From NCBI GenBank assembly GCA_035300785.1, contig DATGVD010000232.1, positions 1-30,256 of the forward strand: a DNA stretch of 30,256 bases, given 5' to 3'. Source of the DNA: Pyrinomonadaceae bacterium. GTDB taxonomy: Bacteria > Acidobacteriota > Blastocatellia > Pyrinomonadales > Pyrinomonadaceae. Made by a program: the position numbers and the translations under genes. The notes below the pieces were generated by a model, which worked only from the letters and a program-made list of their open reading frames with translations, was not told the origin of the DNA and did no database searches. This document shows positions 24,457 to 30,256 of this stretch, one piece after another. How positions within the stretch are numbered: the first letter of the stretch is position 1; the number at the start of each line of letters is the position of its first letter.

Positions 24457-26046
24457 GTGCACGGACAACTGAAGTTCTCACTAAAAATCGCGCAATTAAC
24501 GGCCCTGCTCATTTTGCTGACCTGTACGCTTCACGCCCAACAGAAGAGCGAAGCGTCTCAGTCACCTTTCAACGCCGCAGCCTATCGCGTGGGCGAACGG
24601 CTGACTTACAACGTTTCGTTCTCGCAGTTTGTCAGCGCTGCTCACGTCGAACTTCTGGTCGCCGGCCGGGGCACGTTTTTCAGTCGCGAAGGCATTCAAC
24701 TGCGCGCGCACGCCGAGACCAGCGGCGTGGTGAACGTGGCCGTGTTTGCCATCAACAACGATTACACGACCTACGTGGATCCCACGACGGGATTGCCGTT
24801 CCGTGCGCAGCAGGTCGTGCGCGAAGCGGACCGCACGTCCGATAGCGCGAGCGATTACAACCAGCCTGCGGGCATCGCGGCGCTGCCTTCGCAAGCAGGC
24901 ACGGGGGTGTTCCCCGGAACCTACGATCTGGTTTCCGCGCTCTATCGCGTCCGCGCTCTGCCGTTAGTTGACGGCGCTTCTTATTTAATCACCGTCCGAA
25001 ACGCGGGCGACGAGTATCAAGCCGAAGTAAAGGTCACTGGTCATCAAGTCATCAAGACCGGCGTCGGTTCATTTAGCACGATCGTCACGCGGGTGAATGT
25101 GAAAGGGCGGCATGACGACAACACGCGGATCTATTTCAGCGATGACGAGCGCCACGTGCCGGTGATCGTTACGGCGAAACAGCAAGGCGGCGAGATTCGC
25201 GCGGAGTTAGTAGCCTCTGAGTTCGTCACCCCGCCAAGACCCAGCGAAGCGAAGGCCTCGCCGGCACCGACCCCGATCTCCGTCCCCGATCCGCGCATTC
25301 CCGTTACGCCGCGAACAACAGCCAGGAGCAATCAACCCTCGCGATCTGCGGCCGAGGCGAGCGACCCTCTTCCGCCGGATCTTCCGTTCAAAGTTGGCGA
25401 GCAACTCAACTATCAGGTTTATCTTGCCAACGGCGCTCAACCTGTCGGCACAATCTCGTTTGCGGTGCGGGCGCGCGGCCGGTACTTTAATCTCAACGGT
25501 TTGTTCTTCTCAGCCTCAGCGCAAACCTCAGGCGCCCTGGCGCGAGCCTTTCCGGTCGGCGATCAGGTCAATTCATACGTCGACCCCGCGACGCTGCTTC
25601 CTTTTCGCACCGAGCTTAGTATGTCCGAGGGCAAGCATCGAACCAATCGGAGCTACAACCTCGATCAGAATCGTGGCGCGGCGGTGTCGGACAGCCGCGA
25701 ACGCATCGATATTCCCGTCGGTACGCATGACTTAGTTTCGCTGGTTTACGCGATTCGCACGTTTAGCCTAACACCGCCAAAACGGAATGCCATCTCGATA
25801 ATGGCAACGGCCCGGCCGCGCACATTGTTCATCACTTCGCTGCGCCGCGAGACGATCGAAGTCAGCGGCCAAAGCATTTCGGCGATTCAGTTGTCGCTCA
25901 CCACCGACGATCCGCAAGCTGACAAGCTGCAAATGCGAATGTGGGTTGGCGACGACACGCGGCATCTGCCGTTGCGCTTCACCGCGGTGACTGAACTGGG
26001 CCCGGTGCGTGCCGACCTCGTGATTGTTCCAGCGCCACCGCAGTAA
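24457..26046 (+). CDS. Secreted protein with two tandem DUF3108-like domains and a Pro-rich linker
   Basis: Signal peptide ending LHA-Q, repeated domain starts YRVGERLTYNV and FKVGEQLNYQV, repeated YVDP.T.LPFR and D.VS..Y..R motifs, and domain ends DD.RH.P. Confidence 0.75.
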   Translation: MHGQLKFSLKIAQLTALLILLTCTLHAQQKSEASQSPFNAAAYRVGERLTYNVSFSQFVSAAHVELLVAGRGTFFSREGIQLRAHAETSGVVNVAVFAINNDYTTYVDPTTGLPFRAQQVVREADRTSDSASDYNQPAGIAALPSQAGTGVFPGTYDLVSALYRVRALPLVDGASYLITVRNAGDEYQAEVKVTGHQVIKTGVGSFSTIVTRVNVKGRHDDNTRIYFSDDERHVPVIVTAKQQGGEIRAELVASEFVTPPRPSEAKASPAPTPISVPDPRIPVTPRTTARSNQPSRSAAEASDPLPPDLPFKVGEQLNYQVYLANGAQPVGTISFAVRARGRYFNLNGLFFSASAQTSGALARAFPVGDQVNSYVDPATLLPFRTELSMSEGKHRTNRSYNLDQNRGAAVSDSRERIDIPVGTHDLVSLVYAIRTFSLTPPKRNAISIMATARPRTLFITSLRRETIEVSGQSISAIQLSLTTDDPQADKLQMRMWVGDDTRHLPLRFTAVTELGPVRADLVIVPAPPQ

Positions 26047-26165
26047 TTTAGTCGGTCAAAGAGCCCGGCGTAAGCTCGACCTGGTGGGACGGTGCTAAGC
26101 GGCGCGGGCGCAACCACGATCCTCTCCCCCCACACGGTTGGGTCTCGGCAATACGCCCACTTCGA

Positions 26166-26197
26166 AATTGACAATCATTTTCAATTTGGGGCATACT
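26166..26197 (+). promoter_or_regulatory. Fur box overlapping a putative sigma70 promoter of the iron permease
   Basis: TGACAAT-C-ATTTTCA (26169-26183) matches the 7-1-7 Fur consensus TGATAAT-N-ATTATCA at 12/14 positions, inside the AATTGA…TCAATT palindrome. TTGACA lies at 26168 and CATACT at 26192. Confidence 0.75.
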
Positions 26198-26251
26198 GCT
26201 CAGCGGGCCACGGTGGGCCAGTCCGAGTTTACAGCCTAAAGGGTTTCATCA

Positions 26252-27088
26252 GTGCTTCAGTCATTCATCATCATTCTACGCGAAGGTTTCGAGTCCTTTC
26301 TGCTGGTCGCGGTGATTCTTTCTTACCTGCGCAAGTCGCGTCAGCGGCAACTGGCTCCGGCCGTCTTTTGGGCGATCGGCGTCGCGCTCGCAATCAGCGG
26401 CGGGCTCGGTTACCTGCTCTTCAAAATGCAAACGGGCCAACCCGAGTTGATTGAGCGCTATCTTGGCGTTACGGTCGCCGGGTTTCTGGGCAATGAATCG
26501 TTGCGCGAAGCCGTGCTCGGCGTGGTCGCGATCGTGATGGTCCTGTCGCTGGTAGTTTACATGTGGCGCGCGGGGCCAAACCTGAAACAGAGAATGGAAG
26601 GGCGGCTCGGCGAGGTCTCCGCGAAGCGGACTGGCTGGACTGCCTTCGCCGGGATCTTTCTCTTCACCGTGTTAACGATCAGCCGCGAAGGCATGGAGAC
26701 GGCGCTGCTGCTTCTGCAAGTGCGGAGTCCCCGGCTGATCTGGGGAGCGCTTTTGGGACTCGGCGCGGCGATCGCTATGGCCTGGGCGTGGGCGCAGTTC
26801 GGCCACTTGATTAATGTGAAGCGCTTCTTTCAGGTGACAGGAATCTTCCTGCTGCTCTTCATGGCCCAGGTAGCTATCTATACCCTTCACGAATTCGCCG
26901 AAGCCGGGCTCCTGCCTAACAGCGAAGCCTTACATACCGCCACCGAAAAGTTTTCCGCGGACGGATTGTATGGCAAGTGGTTTTCGGTCGTGATGGTTGG
27001 GATTTGCGCAGTCTGGTTACTGGCAGCTTGGGTCATAGATCGTCTGAGAGTTGCGCACCAAAGCAGTGCGAGATTTGGCGAGGTATAA
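26252..27088 (+). CDS. FTR1-family (EfeU-like) iron permease
   Basis: Two RExxE motifs (REGFE, REGME), about 7 TM segments and KRFFQVTGIFLLLF. GTG start. Confidence 0.92.
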   Translation: MLQSFIIILREGFESFLLVAVILSYLRKSRQRQLAPAVFWAIGVALAISGGLGYLLFKMQTGQPELIERYLGVTVAGFLGNESLREAVLGVVAIVMVLSLVVYMWRAGPNLKQRMEGRLGEVSAKRTGWTAFAGIFLFTVLTISREGMETALLLLQVRSPRLIWGALLGLGAAIAMAWAWAQFGHLINVKRFFQVTGIFLLLFMAQVAIYTLHEFAEAGLLPNSEALHTATEKFSADGLYGKWFSVVMVGICAVWLLAAWVIDRLRVAHQSSARFGEV

Positions 27089-27123
27089 GCAAGCGGGTCA
27101 CTGACTCTGATTTTGGTTTTGGT

Positions 27124-27158
27124 AAAAAAAGGGCGAAGCCTCATGGCCTCGCCCTTTT
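27124..27158. terminator. Bidirectional intrinsic terminator between convergent genes
   Basis: AAAAAAAGGGCGA…TCGCCCTTTT forms a 10-bp stem with A and T tracts on both sides. Confidence 0.8.
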
Positions 27159-27191
27159 CGTCAATTCTAACCGCCTCCGGTGCAATTTGGA

Positions 27192-28442
27192 TTACTTGCC
27201 AGTGTTGACGAACTGGATGCAATCGCCCTGGTTCTTAAAGGTGTGGGGCGTATTGAAGGTCTGCCAACCGCCGTTCTTGCACTGATCTTTATTCGTCGGT
27301 GGTCCTATCTGCGGCACTGGCGCACAGGAACTCGGACTGGTCAGGAATGGCTTGTACATAACAATGCTATCCGGATCCACGATTTTGTCCCCGGTGCCGC
27401 CTGGATTGCTTGCGATGGTCGGCCCAGTCGCGCTGCCCCACCAGTTTCCCTGGGCATTGAGAATTCCTGCGTAACTGAGGTGGTCCACAACCAATCCGGC
27501 CACCGCATTGCCGGCAATGTTGTTCGAATTGATCGTGATGTTAGAGTTAGGGCCAGCGCTAAATGCATCATCCATCCGAATTCCGCGACCAGCTCCATTC
27601 GTGATGTCGTTGCAGGTAATGGTCAAGCCGCTAACCGCGCCAAAGAGGCGTATGTCAGCAGTCGCAGAATCGGTGGAGTTGTGGATGTTGTTCTTCGTGA
27701 TGCTGGAGGAAGCCACACTTATCCAGCCAATAGCGCGGCGGTTCCCAACAAACTCGTTGTTTGACACGGTAAGCGAATTCGATCCACCGGAAAAGTCGCC
27801 CATTCCGCTATTCATGTTTCCGGCAAACTTGTTGCTGTCGATGATGACGTTGTGGGCGCCAAAGTTGGTGTCGATCCCGGTTCCGCTGTCTGGACCGGGG
27901 GACACGTTATTGTTTTGGATCAAGTTTCGCTGCACCGTAGCTTGCAAGGCGCCGGTGTTGTCCATCTCAATTCCGATGATGTTGTTCTGGACGATGTTGT
28001 TCAGAATTTGGTATCCGCCAACGTCCGCATTATGGGAGCCGGGATTAGTATAGATTCCGGCGATGAAACACGGATCGAGCTGTGTCGATCCTTGAATTGT
28101 AAAACCATCAAGCACGACACTGTCGGCGAAGATCTGAACCGGACCGCATGAGCTGTTAATTATAGACTCGCTCGTCGGCACGCGGGTTCTGGCATCTACG
28201 CCGTGCTGAGCGCCGTTAAGAGTGAGCGTCCTGCTGATCGTCACCTGCTCGTTGTAAGTGCCCGCAGCGACGTTGATCGTTGTGCAACTGGGATCGTTGA
28301 CTGCGCCCTGAATCGTTGAGTAATCACCGGGGACCGTGCAGACGGGGCCGGCTGCCCGTGTTCTGCGACCACCAAAAATCATCACTCCCAAGACAAGCGT
28401 TAAGGCCAAGCCCGTTAGTACGGCTAGTTTCTTGTAATTCAT
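27192..28442 (-). CDS. Secreted right-handed parallel beta-helix (pectin-lyase-like/NosD-like) protein with a C-terminal disulfide tail module
   Basis: Signal peptide, YSTIQGAVND…INVAAGTYNEQV, N/I-rich beta-helix repeats, NAQGNWWG, and the tail PTNKDQCKNGGW…FKNQGDCIQFV. AAGGAG RBS. Confidence 0.82.
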   Translation of the reverse strand: MNYKKLAVLTGLALTLVLGVMIFGGRRTRAAGPVCTVPGDYSTIQGAVNDPSCTTINVAAGTYNEQVTISRTLTLNGAQHGVDARTRVPTSESIINSSCGPVQIFADSVVLDGFTIQGSTQLDPCFIAGIYTNPGSHNADVGGYQILNNIVQNNIIGIEMDNTGALQATVQRNLIQNNNVSPGPDSGTGIDTNFGAHNVIIDSNKFAGNMNSGMGDFSGGSNSLTVSNNEFVGNRRAIGWISVASSSITKNNIHNSTDSATADIRLFGAVSGLTITCNDITNGAGRGIRMDDAFSAGPNSNITINSNNIAGNAVAGLVVDHLSYAGILNAQGNWWGSATGPTIASNPGGTGDKIVDPDSIVMYKPFLTSPSSCAPVPQIGPPTNKDQCKNGGWQTFNTPHTFKNQGDCIQFVNTGK

Positions 28443-28470
28443 AAATTTCTCCTTTTCATTCTTTCATTCA

Positions 28471-28517
28471 TTAAGTGAGTGGTCGTCATAATAACCGACC
28501 GCTGGCGAAGACACTTC
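28471..28517 (-). promoter_or_regulatory. Conserved leader motif, copy 1 (shared with 29519-29570)
   Basis: The blocks TTAAGTG.GTGGTCG, AACCGACC and CTGGCGAAGACACTTC (16/16 identical) are shared with the leader of the paralog. Confidence 0.55.
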
Positions 28518-28528
28518 CGAGTCAGAAA

Positions 28529-28556
28529 CGGGGATCGGGACGCATCCCGATCCCCG
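28529..28556 (-). terminator. Strong hairpin / probable terminator after the upstream beta-helix gene
   Basis: Perfect 12-bp stem CGGGGATCGGGA-CGCA-TCCCGATCCCCG, followed by TTTCT on the minus strand. Confidence 0.65.
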
Positions 28557-28583
28557 ACGCGATCACTTTGCCCAAGCCCATTC

Positions 28584-29501
28584 CTATCTGTTAAAGGGTG
28601 AGTTAGCTGACGGACCGTTGCCAGCCGTACAAACGTTTTGCTCGTTTCCAGAGAATATGCTGGTCTTGGTTTGTCCCAGGCTTCCTCCGGCATTGAAAGC
28701 AAGCATTCCGCAAGCGACAAACGACGCCGGCGTATAGTTGTTATCGGAAATGGTGTTGTTCGTCACCTTCCCGTGCGCGCCAAACCCGATCTGGACGCCA
28801 TTCTGCGCCGCATCACCCGAACCCACCGGGCCGCGGCCCGTCACCGTGTTGTTAGTTATGGTCACAGCAGTACCCGCCTCGTTAGCAGTGATGCCGTTCT
28901 TGCCGTACTTGTCGACAGTGTTGCCGTCTATGACGACGTTCGCATTGAGGTTCGGTCCCCCGTTTCCGCTTTGCACAAAGATCCCCAGGAAACCCTGACA
29001 CCCAGGCATCGCGGGATTGAAGATGTTCGTCACATGGGTGTTCGAGATCGCGCCTGAACCGGCACGATAGAAGATGCCGACATACGTGGGCGCGCAACCG
29101 CTAGGCGCCGCCGTACTCCCGTCCACGGTCAGATCCTCCACCGTTATACCCGTAGCGCCATCGACCAGAACGATCGCGGCAATGGGCGCGCCGGAGAAAA
29201 GGCTGGAGCTATTCGCAGTAACGATGGACGGCTGGATGATGGTCGACCCTGCCCCCGCGCCCGTAATCGTCACATCGGATCTCGTCACGGTCACTTGTTC
29301 ATTGTAAGTGCCGGCCGCCACGTTGATAGTAGAGCAAGCGACATCGTTGACTGCCGATTGAATCGTTGGATGGCTGACACTTGGGACAGAACAGCCGGCG
29401 AGAGCTGCTTTTGTGGTGCTTCCGCTCCCGCTGAGACCTACAAAACCTAAGACTAGAGCGAAGGTCATGGACGAAAGGACGGCAAGTTTTCTGAAATTCA
29501 T
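28584..29501 (-). CDS. Secreted right-handed parallel beta-helix protein (paralog of 27192-28442)
   Basis: ATG at 29501 with AAGGAG RBS, MNFRKLAVL signal peptide, HPTIQSAVND…INVAAGTYNEQV, and beta-helix repeats (GNTVDKYGKNGI, AQNGVQIGFGA). Confidence 0.82.
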   Translation of the reverse strand: MNFRKLAVLSSMTFALVLGFVGLSGSGSTTKAALAGCSVPSVSHPTIQSAVNDVACSTINVAAGTYNEQVTVTRSDVTITGAGAGSTIIQPSIVTANSSSLFSGAPIAAIVLVDGATGITVEDLTVDGSTAAPSGCAPTYVGIFYRAGSGAISNTHVTNIFNPAMPGCQGFLGIFVQSGNGGPNLNANVVIDGNTVDKYGKNGITANEAGTAVTITNNTVTGRGPVGSGDAAQNGVQIGFGAHGKVTNNTISDNNYTPASFVACGMLAFNAGGSLGQTKTSIFSGNEQNVCTAGNGPSANSPFNR

Positions 29502-29518
29502 AGATTTCTCCTTATTCG

Positions 29519-29570
29519 TTAAGTGGGTGGTCGGAATGAGAACCGACCGGTTTCCTGGCGAAGACACTTC
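29519..29570 (-). promoter_or_regulatory. Conserved leader motif, copy 2
   Basis: Same blocks as 28471-28517, with a 5-nt indel and a different hairpin loop. Confidence 0.55.
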
Positions 29571-29745
29571 AACGCCGAGCTTTAAAACTAAGGATTTTTC
29601 CGCGGGTGTCTTTCGGGAAGCGGTAAGCGGGCAAGAGAAAACGACTTGGGGGCTTAGAGCTTCTAACACCACACGCACCGTCGAGTGTCCGCACCCAACC
29701 GCCGGTGGATACTACATTTACGAGAGCTTGTACTAGATCGTGCGT

Positions 29746-29775
29746 ACTCTATCCAGTTAGGTTGACTCTGTCAAC
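29746..29775 (-). promoter_or_regulatory. Putative sigma70 promoter with an overlapping palindromic operator
   Basis: Minus strand TTGACA (29774-29769), a 17-nt spacer, then TAGAGT (29751-29746). A perfect GTTGAC-TCT-GTCAAC palindrome (29761-29775) covers the -35. Confidence 0.6.
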
Positions 29776-29854
29776 GCAGCAGCAGCGGCACCGCGACTGG
29801 ACAAAAGCGATTCCCGCCGCGCTACTACTCTTAAGCCATGGGGAAGAGTCCGAA

Positions 29855-30256
29855 TCACTCGGTGGCGTAAATCCTGGCGAGCTCTCGCTTGAGAAGTTTT
29901 CCGGTTGGGCCTTTGGGAATTTCAGCGACGATGCGAATTGACTTGGGACATTTATAATCCGCCACTCGTTCGGTGCAATAGCTGATCAGTTCCGCTTCAC
30001 TTACCTTCAATCCATCTTTCAGCACGATAAACGCCGCGACCTCTTCGCCGTATAGATCGTCAGGAACACCGATCGTCGCTGCAGCGGCGACGGCCGGATG
30101 CTGATACAGCACTTCGTCGATCTCGCGCGGATAGATGTTCTCGCCGCCGCGAATGATCATGTCGCTCTTGCGATCGACGATGTAGAAGAATCCATCCTTG
30201 TCGCGATAACCGACGTCGCCGGTGTGAAACCAACCATTCCGGAATGCTGTCTCGGT
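29855..30256 (-). CDS. AMP-dependent acyl-CoA synthetase (long-chain fatty acid-CoA ligase-like), C-terminal part; the gene continues beyond the window
   Basis: The frame is open to the window edge: GWFHTGDVGYRDKDGFFYIVDRKSDMIIRGGENIYPREIDEVL…IPKGPTGKLLKR. Confidence 0.92.
   Translation of the reverse strand, partial: TETAFRNGWFHTGDVGYRDKDGFFYIVDRKSDMIIRGGENIYPREIDEVLYQHPAVAAAATIGVPDDLYGEEVAAFIVLKDGLKVSEAELISYCTERVADYKCPKSIRIVAEIPKGPTGKLLKRELARIYATE

Noticed and set aside
1-30256. CRISPR array, tRNA/rRNA, integrase or IS element
   Set aside because: No repeat-spacer periodicity, cloverleaf or transposase/recombinase motifs were seen. The palindromes are isolated pairs.

Overview
This is a bacterial chromosomal window with no rRNA, tRNA, CRISPR array or transposase detected. 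The repeat families and gene styles suggest Acidobacteriota (Blastocatellia/Pyrinomonadaceae-like), but that is an inference from memory and was not tested. From left to right the window holds: (1) a 5'-truncated giant protein with three tandem TolB-N-like/TPR modules; (2) a GH15 glucoamylase flanked by gene relics; (3) rpiB and an MFS_3 transporter; (4) four co-oriented multiheme c-type cytochrome genes with about 29-30 heme motifs (two nonahemes built from three c7-like domains, a c3-like protein and a NapC/NirT-type membrane octaheme), with no porin or catalytic subunit; (5) six small minus-strand genes including a STAS protein lacking its phospho-Ser, an RNA polymerase omega-like paralog and an unannotated 53-aa Zn-ribbon membrane protein, preceded by a pseudoknot-like RNA candidate and divergent from a Cro/C1 HTH gene; (6) a B12 radical SAM gene; (7) a divergent pyrR-pyrB-pyrC / pyrD-pyrF locus with a terminator overlapping the pyrR stop codon; (8) a double-DUF3108 protein and an FTR1 iron permease preceded by a Fur box; (9) two paralogous secreted beta-helix proteins sharing a conserved 5' leader motif; and (10) the 3' end of an acyl-CoA synthetase. 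At least four different palindromic REP-like elements and two heptamer repeats occur, and two of the palindromes appear to be translated in frame within genes. All family calls come from motif recognition, not database searches.
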